The notes under the pieces were generated by a model. It worked only from the letters and a program-made list of their open reading frames with translations, searched no databases and was not told the DNA's origin. Below, in pieces: positions 1-10,265 of a DNA stretch of 64,000 bases; the stretch's first letter is position 1, and each line of letters opens with the position of its first letter. Source of the stretch: an uncultured Pseudomonadota bacterium. GTDB taxonomy: Bacteria; Pseudomonadota; Alphaproteobacteria; RF32; CAG-239. The translations under genes were made by a program, and so were the position numbers. The stretch spans positions 8,530-72,529 of the forward strand of contig CASDYX010000001.1 of the NCBI GenBank assembly GCA_949286215.1, in the 5' to 3' direction.

Positions 1-341
1 CCGGTCAGGCTCGTTCACCCAAAGAAGTGAAAGCTGGTTATGCGCCACAGTTGCCAATAGAGGGAATTATTGCGCAAAACGGCGGATTTGAAGGGGTTAG
101 AGCCAAAGAAGTGGCGGCTTTGATGTATTGGCAATTGGGCAAAAAAGAAACGGCTTTGGATGAAGATATTGATGAAGTGCTCAATAAGAATTTGACCAAT
201 TTGCGAGAGTTGGTGAGTTTGTTTGATTTTCAGGATACGGCTTATATCAGCAAGCCAAACCCAAAATATGCGCCCAAATATTCAGATTATGAGCATTTGG
301 CAAGAGTGAAAGAATGGTCGGTGGTGGAAGATGACGACTAA
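1..341 (+). CDS. addB: AddB-like helicase-nuclease subunit, C-terminal fragment (5'-partial; the reading frame is open from the window edge)
   Basis: Frame containing ORF 27..341 stays open back to nt 3. It lies immediately upstream of AddA and overlaps it by 11 nt, which is typical alphaproteobacterial addB-addA order. Identity is inferred from context and the conserved C-terminal tail. Confidence 0.45.
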   Translation, partial: GQARSPKEVKAGYAPQLPIEGIIAQNGGFEGVRAKEVAALMYWQLGKKETALDEDIDEVLNKNLTNLRELVSLFDFQDTAYISKPNPKYAPKYSDYEHLARVKEWSVVEDDD

Positions 342-3300
342 TAACGGCACAAATATGCAAGAAGAGGTTAAACTTCAGCGCGAAAAACGCGGAGGGCTGG
401 CAACTTTGCAACAAAGAAAAGCGGCTAATCCGTTACGCTCGGTGTGGGTGGAGGCTTCTGCCGGAACGGGCAAGACCAAGGTGTTGTCAGACAGAGTTTT
501 GAGAATTTTGTTAAATGGCGTAAAGCCTTCTAAAATTTTGTGCTTAACCTACACAAAAGCGGCGGCGGTGGAGATGAGCTCGCGTATTGCCGGAAGATTA
601 AGTCGTTGGGCGGTGGCAAGTGAAGATGATTTGCATAAAGAACTTCAGGCTTTGCTTGGACAACTTCCGGCCGAACAAAAAGATTATGCCAAGCTGGAGG
701 CAACGGCCAGGCAGCTGTTTGCGGTGTTACTTGATACACCCGGCGGCATGAAAATTCAGACTATTCATAGTTTTTGTCAGGAGATTTTGAAAAGATTTCC
801 GTTGGAGGCCAAAATATCACCTTATTTTGAGGTGATGGATGACAGAACCGCCGATGAGGCTTTGGCTGAAATTCAGCAAAAACTCCTCAAAAAAATTGAA
901 GACGAGCCCATGAGTGATGTGGCGCAGGCGTTGGGGTATTTAACCAAAAAAGTCAGCGAATTTAAGTTTCCGGAAATCATGGGAAGTTTGGCTGAGAATC
1001 GAAACAAAATCACTAAGCTCTTTTTGAATTACTCAAATAAGCAAGCATTGCTTGAAGCTTTGGCTGAAAGATTAGATGTTCGACTTGGCGATACGGAAGA
1101 ATCTTTGTTGGCTGAGTTTATGAAAAACATTAGCCGTAGTGATTTGAAGGCAGTACAAAATGCATGGTTTCAGGGTAGCTCAAGCGATGTGAAAAATGCC
1201 GAGATTTTGGCTGATTTAGCTGAAAGAGATTTTCCTCTGCAGGATTTTAAGGTTTATAAAAATCTGTTCTTAACTCAAGGAAAACCAAGAGCCAAAGCCG
1301 GAACAAAAGGCGCCTTGGCAAGTGAACCGCACTTGGAAGAGATTTTCTTTGGACAAGCGGAAAAATTGATTGAGCTGGAAAGCAAACTGGCGGCAGTTAG
1401 AGTTTTTGCCTCAACCTCGGCAGTGTTAACTTTGGCAGAAGAACTTATCGGCGGGTATAATTATTTTAAGAAAATCCACTCGAAAATGGATTATGAAGAT
1501 TTAATCGTCTTAACCAGAAATTTGCTGGAAGACAGAAGTGTTGCCGAGTGGGTGCTTTATAAGTTAGATGGCGGTATTGACCATGTTTTGATTGATGAGG
1601 CACAAGACACCTCGCCGAACCAATGGGCGATTATTCGCGCTTTGACCGATGGATTTTTTGATAATTTGGATGAGGTTAACAAAACAGTTTTTGCCGTTGG
1701 TGACCGCAAGCAATCTATTTATAGTTTTCAGGGCGCAGACCCCAAAGAATTTGATAAAATGCGCCAATATTTTGCAGAGAAAGCGCATAATTTTGATGAA
1801 GTAAAATTGGAGGTTTCGTTCCGCTCAACCGTGGCGGTGCTCGATTGTGTGAATATGGTTTTTGGAGATGATTATGCCAAAAGCGGTGTGATTTCGGAAG
1901 GAGAAGATATTACGCATATTCCTTTTCGTATCGGTGATGGCGGCAGAGTGGAACTTTGGCCGGTTGTTGAGCCGGAGGAGGGCGATAATCCCGATATGTG
2001 GCGTCCGCCGGTGGAAAGAGTGAGTGGGGTTTCGACCTCGTCTCGTTTGGCAAAAATGATAGCCTTAAAGATTAAACAATCGGTTGAAAGCGGTGATATT
2101 TTAATTTCGCAAAATCGGCCGGTCAGGTATCGCGATTTTATGATTTTGGTGCAACGGCGCAACAGTTTTGTAGAGGAAATGGTGCGCGAGTGCAAAAATG
2201 TCGGGGTTAATGTTGCGGGCGTTGATAAAATTAAATTGTTAGAGCAAATCGGGGTGCAAGATTTGGTGTCGTTGGGCAAGTTTTTGCTTTTACCCAGTGA
2301 TGATTTGACTTTGGCTGAAGTGCTGAAATCACCTCTTTTCGGGCTTGATGATGATGATTTGTTTGAGCTTTGCTATAACCGCAAAGGAGCATCTGTTTGG
2401 ACCAGATTGTGCGACAATAAAAAATATTTTGAAACCTATAAAAGCTTGCGTGAATTGTTGGATTTGGCGGATTATGTGCGTCCGTTTGAGCTGTATTCCA
2501 CGGTTTTGAATAAGCAAAAAGGGCGGTGGAAGTTTGTGCAACGTATGGGCTTGGAAGTTGAAGACGGTTTAGATGAATTTATGAATTTGACTTTGGCTTA
2601 TGAGCAAGAACATATTCCGACTTTGCAGGGCTTTATTCAATGGATTGGGTCTGATGAGGTTGAAATAAAACGTGAGTTGGAGCAAAGCGAGGCTGATGCA
2701 GTGCGGATTATGACAGTGCATGGCTCTAAGGGTTTGCAAGCGCCAATCGTGATTTTGCCGGATACTATCAGAATGGTTAATGTGCGCAAAGAAGGCGGTA
2801 TGCTTTGGGATGACGTGTTTTATTATCCCTTGTCATCGGCAGATTATGATAAAAACTGCATTAAAATTAAAGATGAAGAAGTATTGTTGGCCAATGAGGA
2901 ATACAAAAGATTGCTTTATGTGGCTTTGACACGTGCTGAAGACAGGTTGTGTGTTTGCGGGTATCGCAAGAAAAATGCCGAAAAAGATGAATCTTGGTAT
3001 GGAATCTGCAAAAAAGGTTTGAGCAAAATTGCCGAAGATGACGGTGCGGGCAATCTCCAATATCAAAACGAGCAAGTATTGGAAGTGAAGAAAAAAGGTG
3101 TTTCTCAGGTAAGAGATTTTATTAGACCTGAGTTTCCATGGATAAGCGAGGATGCTCCGGAGGAAAATCCGCTTGCAAAGCCTTATACGCCGTCTAAACC
3201 AGATGAAGATGAAAGTGACGTGGCTTTGGTTTCTCCTATTGGGGAGGACGGGGCGAATCGTTATCAACGCGGACGGATTATTCATAAATTGTTGCAATTT

Positions 3301-3723
3301 TTGCCTGATGTTCAAACTCTTGATAAAAGGCAGGTGATTGCCGAATTCTTGGCTAAAAACGCGCCTGAATATTCTCATGCGCAAGTTGAACGAATCCAAA
3401 ACGAAATTATGAAATTATTGGAAAACGAACAATTTGGAAAATTGTTTGGTGCGGATTCAAAGGCCGAAGTTCCGGTTATCGGTGAGGTTGATGGCAAGAT
3501 TATTTCCGGTCAGATTGACCGTTTGGTGGTGAGTGGTGATGAGGTCTTGATTGTTGACTTTAAGACTAATCGTCCGGCGGCTAAAACTTTGGCCGAAGTG
3601 CCGGAAGTTTATTTTAAGCAGTTGCGGGCTTATAAGTCTTTGCTTGAAAAAATTTATCAAGGAAAATCAATCAAAACCTTTTTGTTATGGACTGATACAA
3701 CCCAAATTATGCAGATAGAGTGA
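331..3723 (+). CDS. addA: ATP-dependent helicase/nuclease AddA (UvrD-like helicase plus C-terminal RecB-type nuclease)
   Basis: 1130 aa. Walker A ASAGTGKT near the N-terminus, DEAQDTS helicase motif II, and C-terminal PD-(D/E)xK nuclease motifs GQIDRLVV...LIVDFKT. Confidence 0.8.
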   Translation: MTTNNGTNMQEEVKLQREKRGGLATLQQRKAANPLRSVWVEASAGTGKTKVLSDRVLRILLNGVKPSKILCLTYTKAAAVEMSSRIAGRLSRWAVASEDDLHKELQALLGQLPAEQKDYAKLEATARQLFAVLLDTPGGMKIQTIHSFCQEILKRFPLEAKISPYFEVMDDRTADEALAEIQQKLLKKIEDEPMSDVAQALGYLTKKVSEFKFPEIMGSLAENRNKITKLFLNYSNKQALLEALAERLDVRLGDTEESLLAEFMKNISRSDLKAVQNAWFQGSSSDVKNAEILADLAERDFPLQDFKVYKNLFLTQGKPRAKAGTKGALASEPHLEEIFFGQAEKLIELESKLAAVRVFASTSAVLTLAEELIGGYNYFKKIHSKMDYEDLIVLTRNLLEDRSVAEWVLYKLDGGIDHVLIDEAQDTSPNQWAIIRALTDGFFDNLDEVNKTVFAVGDRKQSIYSFQGADPKEFDKMRQYFAEKAHNFDEVKLEVSFRSTVAVLDCVNMVFGDDYAKSGVISEGEDITHIPFRIGDGGRVELWPVVEPEEGDNPDMWRPPVERVSGVSTSSRLAKMIALKIKQSVESGDILISQNRPVRYRDFMILVQRRNSFVEEMVRECKNVGVNVAGVDKIKLLEQIGVQDLVSLGKFLLLPSDDLTLAEVLKSPLFGLDDDDLFELCYNRKGASVWTRLCDNKKYFETYKSLRELLDLADYVRPFELYSTVLNKQKGRWKFVQRMGLEVEDGLDEFMNLTLAYEQEHIPTLQGFIQWIGSDEVEIKRELEQSEADAVRIMTVHGSKGLQAPIVILPDTIRMVNVRKEGGMLWDDVFYYPLSSADYDKNCIKIKDEEVLLANEEYKRLLYVALTRAEDRLCVCGYRKKNAEKDESWYGICKKGLSKIAEDDGAGNLQYQNEQVLEVKKKGVSQVRDFIRPEFPWISEDAPEENPLAKPYTPSKPDEDESDVALVSPIGEDGANRYQRGRIIHKLLQFLPDVQTLDKRQVIAEFLAKNAPEYSHAQVERIQNEIMKLLENEQFGKLFGADSKAEVPVIGEVDGKIISGQIDRLVVSGDEVLIVDFKTNRPAAKTLAEVPEVYFKQLRAYKSLLEKIYQGKSIKTFLLWTDTTQIMQIE

Positions 3724-3808
3724 GGTTTTTTGATAATAAGTCTTTAATAAATATTTTTTTCAATTATATTAGACGTATCTTGAATTAAAACTATGGGAGT
3801 AAATGACT

Positions 3809-4123
3809 ATGAAACAGATTACTGACAGCCAGTTTGAAGATGAAGTATTGAAAGCTAAAGGGCTGGTTTTGGTTGATTTTTGGGCTGAGTGGTGCGGTCC
3901 TTGCCGTCAATTGGGTCCGATTTTGGAAGAAGTTTCTAAAGAAATGGGCGACAAATGCCAAATTTGCAAAATGAACGTTGATGAATCTCCTAATACTGCC
4001 GCTCAATATGGAATCCGCAGTATTCCGACAATGTTCTTGTTTAAGGACGGAAAACAAGTTGACGTTAAAGTTGGTTTGAATTCTCAATCAACTTTGGTTA
4101 GTTGGTTAAATTCTCATCTCTAA
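3809..4123 (+). CDS. trxA: thioredoxin
   Basis: WCGPC active site. About 105 aa. The second ATG is better spaced from the GGGAG RBS. Confidence 0.9.
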   Translation: MKQITDSQFEDEVLKAKGLVLVDFWAEWCGPCRQLGPILEEVSKEMGDKCQICKMNVDESPNTAAQYGIRSIPTMFLFKDGKQVDVKVGLNSQSTLVSWLNSHL

Positions 4124-4145
4124 TCGTTAGAGTAAGTATTATAAA

Positions 4146-4176
4146 AAATCCCTAAAAACTTTAGGGATTTTTTTGT
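4146..4176 (+). terminator. rho-independent terminator after trxA
   Basis: Hairpin tccctaaa-aac-tttaggga followed by a T7 run. Confidence 0.7.
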
Positions 4177-4191
4177 TGTTTATTTTATAGA

Positions 4192-4232
4192 AACAAAAAA
4201 AACACCTCTGAAATTATCAGAGGTGTTTTTTA
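4192..4232. terminator. bidirectional hairpin terminator between convergent trxA and rplI
   Basis: A-run, then 10-bp stem acacctctga/tcagaggtgt, then T-run. Can serve rplI read on the minus strand. Confidence 0.7.
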
Positions 4233-4255
4233 TTGCAAAAGTTTTTAGAAAACTT

Positions 4256-4744
4256 TTATTCTGCCGGAGAGTAAGCCTTTGCTTGCTTCTTAGCTTCATC
4301 TTCTGTTCTGGCAACGTTTACCAAAATAGTTTGTGAAACTTCAGGGTGCAAGTTAAGTTTTACTTCGTAAACACCCAAGTCTTTAATGGTGTTTTCGAGG
4401 TAAACACAACGGCGTTCTACATCAAAACCAGAAGCTTTAATTGCAGCGGCAATGTCACGGATGGTAACAGAACCATACAATTGTCCGGTTTCAGCTGCTT
4501 GACGAATCAATACAGCGCTGTAACCTTTCAAAGCTTCAGCTTTAGCAGTAGCAGCATCCAACAATTGTTTGTTGTGAGCTTCTAACTCGGCTTTTTGTTT
4601 TTCAAAATAAGCAACGTTTGCTTCTGTTGCGCGCAATGCTTTGTTTTGTGGCAAAAGGTAGTTACGGGCATAACCGTTCTTTACGTTTACTTTGTCGCCC
4701 ATTTTACCTAATTTATCGACATGTTCCAAAAGGATAATTTCCAT
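4256..4744 (-). CDS. rplI: 50S ribosomal protein L9
   Basis: MEIILLEHVDKLGKMGDKVNVKNGYARNYLLP is the L9 N-terminus. Standard rpsF-rpsR-rplI order. Confidence 0.85.
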   Translation of the reverse strand: MEIILLEHVDKLGKMGDKVNVKNGYARNYLLPQNKALRATEANVAYFEKQKAELEAHNKQLLDAATAKAEALKGYSAVLIRQAAETGQLYGSVTIRDIAAAIKASGFDVERRCVYLENTIKDLGVYEVKLNLHPEVSQTILVNVARTEDEAKKQAKAYSPAE

Positions 4745-4759
4745 AGTCATTCTCCTTCA

Positions 4760-4987
4760 CTATTGAGCAACAAACGGCAACAAGCCGATGTAACGAGCAC
4801 GTTTGATTGCCTTAGCCAATTCTCTTTGTTTCTTTGCGGAAACAGAGGTGATGCGGCTAGGAATAATTTTACCTTTTTCAGAGATGTATCTTGAAAGCAA
4901 TTTTACATCTTTGTAGTCGATTTTGAGACCGTCTTCACCTGAAAACGGGCAAGCTTTTTTTCTCTTAAAGAAAACTTGTTTAGCCAT
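4760..4987 (-). CDS. rpsR: 30S ribosomal protein S18
   Basis: 75 aa, basic, conserved S18 core RYISEKGKI and [20 protein letters not shown]. Confidence 0.85.
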   Translation of the reverse strand: MAKQVFFKRKKACPFSGEDGLKIDYKDVKLLSRYISEKGKIIPSRITSVSAKKQRELAKAIKRARYIGLLPFVAQ

Positions 4988-4998
4988 TACGTCCTCTC

Positions 4999-5334
4999 CT
5001 ATTCTTCAACTGAATCTTTGTCGCTGGAAGATGAAGAATCTTCACTGAATTCATCAACTTTAATCGTCATGTAACGAATAATATCTTCGTTGAAACGCAT
5101 AATTCTTTCAAATTCTGCGATTGCTTTTGCCGGAGCGGCAATGTTCATTACAACGTAGTGACCTTTGCGGTTTTTCTTAATGCGATAAGCGAGATTTTTT
5201 AAACCCCAGTTATCAACGCGAACAACCTCGCCGCCTTCTTTTTTGATTACGTCGCTCAAGTCAGATACGATTGAGCTTACTTGAGAGGCACCGAGATCTT
5301 GACGTGCAATCAGCACGCTTTCATAATTTGCCAT
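4999..5334 (-). CDS. rpsF: 30S ribosomal protein S6
   Basis: [13 protein letters not shown] is the S6 N-terminus, followed by an acidic C-terminal tail. Confidence 0.85.
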   Translation of the reverse strand: MANYESVLIARQDLGASQVSSIVSDLSDVIKKEGGEVVRVDNWGLKNLAYRIKKNRKGHYVVMNIAAPAKAIAEFERIMRFNEDIIRYMTIKVDEFSEDSSSSSDKDSVEE

Positions 5335-5530
5335 ATATAAATCTCCTTATGGATTCTCAACAAATAGCCGACCTTATTGGCCGACCGGTTAATGTATAGC
5401 CGATATTCTCATACCGGCAAGGACGCTGGAAATATACAACAAAAACCATAAATTTCAAGCATTATTTAAATATAAATTAATCTTTTTGAGCTAAAAATAG
5501 CTTAAATTATCACTATAAACCGGTTGTGAA

Positions 5531-5860
5531 ATGAAAAAATGTTATCTTGCCATATTCGGATTGCTCCTGCTTGGTGCTTGTATGAACCAAGTTGAAACAA
5601 CTTCTATACAGCCGCAGAGGCGCTTTCGCTATGCTAATGAGGAAACAGAAATTAGTCTGTTGCAGCCCTTTACGCGTGTGATTGTTAGATGCTATTCCAC
5701 CAAATATGAACCGGCTGAAACTTGCGCCCAATTCTTTGAAGAAAAAGGATATGTGCGTTTTCGTAATATTCCTTATAAAACCGCTAATTATGACTTTTTG
5801 AAGGCAAACGGGTATCCCACACGTCGTTGGCGTCCGGGCGAAATTACCCCGCGTTGGTAG
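5531..5860 (+). CDS. small predicted lipoprotein, function unknown
   Basis: Signal peptide with lipobox LLLGAC. 109 aa. No recognisable domain. Confidence 0.4.
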   Translation: MKKCYLAIFGLLLLGACMNQVETTSIQPQRRFRYANEETEISLLQPFTRVIVRCYSTKYEPAETCAQFFEEKGYVRFRNIPYKTANYDFLKANGYPTRRWRPGEITPRW

Positions 5861-5872
5861 CAGGTTAAAACA

Positions 5873-7396
5873 ATGCTGGCAAGAGTTAACACAGTTGCTT
5901 TTAATGGATTGGAAGTTTTAGATGTTGATTTGCAGGTTCAAATTTCTTCAGGTTTGCCTGCATTTACTATCGTTGGTTTGCCTGACAAAGCCGTCGCCGA
6001 GAGCAAAGAAAGGGTTAGAGCTGCCCTACAATCTTTGGGGCTTTCTTTACCGGCCAAAAGAATTACCATTAACTTGGCTCCTGCAGATATGCTCAAAGAA
6101 GGTTCTCATTTTGACTTGCCGGTGGCTTTAGGCCTGTTGGCGGGTATGGGCGTTGTGCCGCAAGAAGAGCTATCGGGCTATGTGGTGTTAGGAGAACTTG
6201 GTTTAGATGGCTCAATCATTTCGGTCAACGGGGTGTTGCCGGTTGCAATTCATGCCAATTCTTTAGGTAAAGGGATTATTTGCCCTGAAGCACAAGGGGC
6301 AGAGGCAATGTGGTCTGGTATTAAAGACATTTTGGCAACCGATAATCTCTTAAATCTTATCAATCATTTCAAAGGAAAAGGTAATATTCCTTTACCAAAA
6401 ATAGTGGAACAAAAGCCTGATTTCGGCACTTTGGATATGAGTGACGTAAAGGGTCAAGAAAATGCCAAAAGAGCCTTGGAAATTGCTGCGGCGGGCGGGC
6501 ATAATTTGTTGATGTCAGGTCCTCCGGGAGCCGGAAAATCTATGCTTGCGGCAAGGCTGCCTTCAATTTTGCCGCCTTTAACCCCGCAAGAGGCGCTTGA
6601 AACCAGTATGATTCACTCTATTGCAGGAGAGCTCAAAGACGGCAAACTTTGCTTTAATCGTCCGTATCGTGACCCGCATCATTCGGCGTCAACGCCGGCT
6701 CTGGTTGGCGGTGGTCGCAAAGGAATTCCGGGCGAGATTTCTTTAGCTCACAATGGGATTTTGTTTTTAGATGAGTTGCCGGAGTTCAACCGCTCTACAT
6801 TAGAGGCTTTACGTCAACCTCTTGAAAACGGCTATGTAACAATCTCGCGCGTTAATGCGCATACGGTTTACCCGGCTAAATTTCAGTTGATTGCCGCTAT
6901 GAATCCTTGTCGGTGCGGAAATTTCGGTAATCCCGAGTTGGAATGTCCAAGAGCACCTAAATGTGCCGAAGAATATTTGGCAAAATTATCGGGACCGTTG
7001 CTCGACCGTATTGATATTCATATTGATGTTCCGGCGGTTAGCCCGTGGGAAATGGCTGATGTGAAGAAAGGTGAAACTTCGGCTGTTATTAGAGAAAGAG
7101 TTATTCAAGCCCGTGAAATTCAAAGACAAAGATTTATTAAACTTGATGAGCCGCAACTTACAACTAATTCTCAGCTCAGAGGGCAACTTTTGGAAGATGT
7201 TACCAAGCTGGATCATGATGCTGAAGAGCTGCTTATCTCTTTTGCAAATAAAAATCATCTCTCGGCGAGGGCTTATCATCGCACTTTGCGGTTAGCAAGA
7301 ACAATTGCGGACTTGCAAAATAGTACAAACGTTCTTAAAATGCATATTGCCGAAGCTCTGTCTTATCGAAGAAAACAATCGGCGAAAACACGTTAG
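5873..7396 (+). CDS. comM: YifB/ComM family Mg-chelatase-like AAA+ ATPase
   Basis: N-terminal Lon-protease-like domain, Walker A GPPGAGKS, MCM/ChlI-type AAA module. 507 aa. Confidence 0.8.
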   Translation: MLARVNTVAFNGLEVLDVDLQVQISSGLPAFTIVGLPDKAVAESKERVRAALQSLGLSLPAKRITINLAPADMLKEGSHFDLPVALGLLAGMGVVPQEELSGYVVLGELGLDGSIISVNGVLPVAIHANSLGKGIICPEAQGAEAMWSGIKDILATDNLLNLINHFKGKGNIPLPKIVEQKPDFGTLDMSDVKGQENAKRALEIAAAGGHNLLMSGPPGAGKSMLAARLPSILPPLTPQEALETSMIHSIAGELKDGKLCFNRPYRDPHHSASTPALVGGGRKGIPGEISLAHNGILFLDELPEFNRSTLEALRQPLENGYVTISRVNAHTVYPAKFQLIAAMNPCRCGNFGNPELECPRAPKCAEEYLAKLSGPLLDRIDIHIDVPAVSPWEMADVKKGETSAVIRERVIQAREIQRQRFIKLDEPQLTTNSQLRGQLLEDVTKLDHDAEELLISFANKNHLSARAYHRTLRLARTIADLQNSTNVLKMHIAEALSYRRKQSAKTR

Positions 7397-7408
7397 GAGC
7401 CATAGTTA

Positions 7409-10147
7409 ATGAAAATTATAAAATCTGCGCTAGTGATAACTTTTATAACCTTGCTTGCCATGAGTGTCGGAAATCCGGCATACTCAAGCGATACCGGCGA
7501 AGTAAAAATAATCAGTCGGCAGATTGATAGAAATCTTGAACGTGCTTATGGGGAGACAGAAGCCAGACGGGCAACTTTTAAAAATAACTTTAAACCAAAT
7601 CCAAAAAAATCAAATCGTAAATTTTCAGGTCCGATGTTTGGTGACAATGATTGCACCAGACGCTCTTGCGGAGGGGCTATGTTTGGACCGCAGACCTGTA
7701 AGAAAATTGAAATTCCTTGTGAAGATTGCGGCGTGGCTCCCAAACCGGTTAAACCTCGTCCGAATATCAAAAATTATGTAACCCTGGAAGAAGATATTTT
7801 TGAAGGTATTCATCATCGTTGCGGTGATTTTGCTCCTTTGCAATTAGAATGGGTTGATTTTCGTATTAAAAAAGGTCGTGATGTCGGTTATTCACGCAAT
7901 TTGGGAAATTACAGATTTCGGATTTTTGGCTGCCGACGCGACCAAAAACATGCCATTTTAAATGAAGGGCGGATTATGCAAAAAGATATGCAGTTTATCC
8001 GCATTTTTGAGGACAAAGTTAAAGACTGTTATAATATTGTGAAAATTCCGAATGATTTGTGTTTGGATAATACAAATAAACCTTTGCCGGAATATGTCTT
8101 AACCGCAGAAATTACCGACTATTTTATGAATTTGTGCGATGAATATGATTGGAATGACGCAAAAAAAGAAAATTTGCGCACCGGTTCGGCTCAAATGACC
8201 ATTACATGGCGTTTGATGGATTTGAGCAAATCCAATGTGTTGTGGAAAGGAACGTCTGAAGGATATTCCGAAGTGAAAGACGGCGAATATAATGCCGAAA
8301 TGATTTTGATTGAGCGTGCCTTTGCCGATGCCGTTGATAATTTGCGTCAATTACCTGGTTTTGAGGCTCAGTTGGCTGTTCGCCAAAATCCTGATGATTT
8401 GGCTGAACAAAAACAAGCCCTTATTGCAATGGAAAGACTTAATGACCCTGTTAAGTGTCAATATCAACCAGAGCTTGAAAAAGCACAAACGGTTTGCCCG
8501 TTGACGGCTGAGTCTGAAGTTGAAGAAAAAGGCGGTGTTGTTGCCGACGGTAAGGCTTGTCCGGCTAATACCAATCCTGAATTATTGGCGTTTTGTCCGG
8601 CGGATAATCCGAATTGTAACGGTAGTTTGGAAGAATTAACTTTGAGCCAAAAGCAAACTCCGCAAGACCAAACTTTGGTGGTTGAGAGTGTTAATGCAAC
8701 ACCGGTTGACGAAGACGGAAATGCCGTTGATATGGGTGGCGGAGCATTCAATCAGGGTGATTTTGCTCAACAAGCTGGTAACGCAGAAGAAGCTAGCGGC
8801 GTTGTTGATATGGGCGGTGGTTTGAGTGAGCGTGAAGCTGAAATTGCCGAAGCTGCTGCAAGAGCAAAAGAAAGAACCGTTCAATATGAGATGGCTGAAA
8901 ATACTCAAGATTTCTGCCCGTTGGATGAAGACGGTAATCCGCAATGCGGAGATGAAGTGGCTGTTGCCGAAGCTCCGGTTACGCCTCCGACTGAATTTGA
9001 GGAAGAATTTAACCAAGCCGATATGTTTATTGAGGGTGAAAGTGCCGAAGAAGGTGTTTGGGAGGATGTTCCTTGTGACCAATTGTCTCCTGATGATCCG
9101 AATTATTGCGAGCCATCATTATTTGCTTTCTTGCACGAGAAAGATTTGAGTTGTGAGCCATCAATCTTTGATAAGATGTTTGGAACTACGCCGTCTTGTG
9201 CTTTGGAAGCAGAACAAGTGATTGAAACTTCAGATTTTGTTGAAGAAGGTTGCAATGGTGTTGCTTGCGGTATTGAAGAAAGCTGTGGTTTGGAATCTTG
9301 CGGTGTTCAAGAAATTGAGGAAAGCTCCGGCTTTGTTGATATGAGTGGTGAAAGCACTGTTGATGGTCAATCTTGGACGACATTGGAAGTTGCTCCGGAA
9401 GAAACGCAAGATATGTTGGAGAGAAATCAACTCTGCATTATCAATCGTGGACCTTATGATAAACTCACTCCTGAGAATATTTATAAAGTTCGTGCCTCGG
9501 TAGTCGGTGTTACTAATGCCAATGGTGTTAAAGGTGCCGGATTGCTGATTTCTGACCAATTTATCTTAACCTCGGCTGATTTGGTAGTTAAAGATAATAA
9601 TCGCTACACAATTAAGACGATTAACGGGGTTGAGATGAGTGGTCGTGCAGTTCGCGCTAATATCAAAAAGAACACGGCTCTCATCTTGTTAGACGAGAAG
9701 ACCAAGTTTACACCTTTGTCTTTGAACTTGGAGTTACCGACAGTCGGTCAAGGCGGTTTCATGGCCTTGGGCTTGTTTGAAGATGAAGAAGGCGGCGAAG
9801 GATATCTTGATAACAAAGGTAAAGTCAGCGGCTATCGCTACTCCGATGAAAAAGGAACCGAAGTTATTGTTGATACCTTTGTTCAACAAGTTACAATCGG
9901 TAGCGTGTTGATTGATAAAAACGGAACAATTGTCGGCTTGTCTCACATCAGCAAACAAGGAAGTGATGATTCCGACTTGTTCTTGCCGATTAGCACGGCA
10001 ATCAACTCGGTTGGTTTGGATATTTGCGGACAAATTGCAAAGGCTCCGAAAGTACCGATGGCCGTGATTAAGCCGGTATCAACCGCAATTGATAGTTTCA
10101 CCGGTTCTAAAGAACCAAAACCGATGAATGTCAAAGGTCGTAAATAA
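7409..10147 (+). CDS. large secreted Cys-rich protein with a C-terminal trypsin/HtrA-like (S1 fold) domain, possibly catalytically degenerate
   Basis: Signal peptide, then a Cys-rich N-terminal region, an acidic Gly-rich middle (VDMGGG x2, paired-Cys modules), and a C-terminal about 230 aa resembling a chymotrypsin-fold peptidase (ILTSADLVV, ALILLD, TIGSVLIDKNGTIVG). Confidence 0.55.
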   Translation: MKIIKSALVITFITLLAMSVGNPAYSSDTGEVKIISRQIDRNLERAYGETEARRATFKNNFKPNPKKSNRKFSGPMFGDNDCTRRSCGGAMFGPQTCKKIEIPCEDCGVAPKPVKPRPNIKNYVTLEEDIFEGIHHRCGDFAPLQLEWVDFRIKKGRDVGYSRNLGNYRFRIFGCRRDQKHAILNEGRIMQKDMQFIRIFEDKVKDCYNIVKIPNDLCLDNTNKPLPEYVLTAEITDYFMNLCDEYDWNDAKKENLRTGSAQMTITWRLMDLSKSNVLWKGTSEGYSEVKDGEYNAEMILIERAFADAVDNLRQLPGFEAQLAVRQNPDDLAEQKQALIAMERLNDPVKCQYQPELEKAQTVCPLTAESEVEEKGGVVADGKACPANTNPELLAFCPADNPNCNGSLEELTLSQKQTPQDQTLVVESVNATPVDEDGNAVDMGGGAFNQGDFAQQAGNAEEASGVVDMGGGLSEREAEIAEAAARAKERTVQYEMAENTQDFCPLDEDGNPQCGDEVAVAEAPVTPPTEFEEEFNQADMFIEGESAEEGVWEDVPCDQLSPDDPNYCEPSLFAFLHEKDLSCEPSIFDKMFGTTPSCALEAEQVIETSDFVEEGCNGVACGIEESCGLESCGVQEIEESSGFVDMSGESTVDGQSWTTLEVAPEETQDMLERNQLCIINRGPYDKLTPENIYKVRASVVGVTNANGVKGAGLLISDQFILTSADLVVKDNNRYTIKTINGVEMSGRAVRANIKKNTALILLDEKTKFTPLSLNLELPTVGQGGFMALGLFEDEEGGEGYLDNKGKVSGYRYSDEKGTEVIVDTFVQQVTIGSVLIDKNGTIVGLSHISKQGSDDSDLFLPISTAINSVGLDICGQIAKAPKVPMAVIKPVSTAIDSFTGSKEPKPMNVKGRK

Positions 10148-10151
10148 GTTA

Positions 10152-10184
10152 AAGCCCCTGCTAAAAAGCGGGGGCTATTTTTAT
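10152..10184 (+). terminator. rho-independent terminator after the 912-aa gene
   Basis: agcccctgc-taaaaa-gcgggggct hairpin followed by a T-run. Confidence 0.65.
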
Positions 10185-10265
10185 GATTAAAGCTAAAATA
10201 GACTTGCAAAAGTAAAGAGTTTTACCTAAATATTATAAGAAATAAAAATATCAAAGGGAAAATAA

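Noticed and set aside
5335-5530. Possible structured autoregulatory leader upstream of rpsF (repeated atagccga / gccgacc motifs)
   Set aside because: The repeats are short and no convincing conserved stem could be built by eye. It cannot be supported without covariation analysis.
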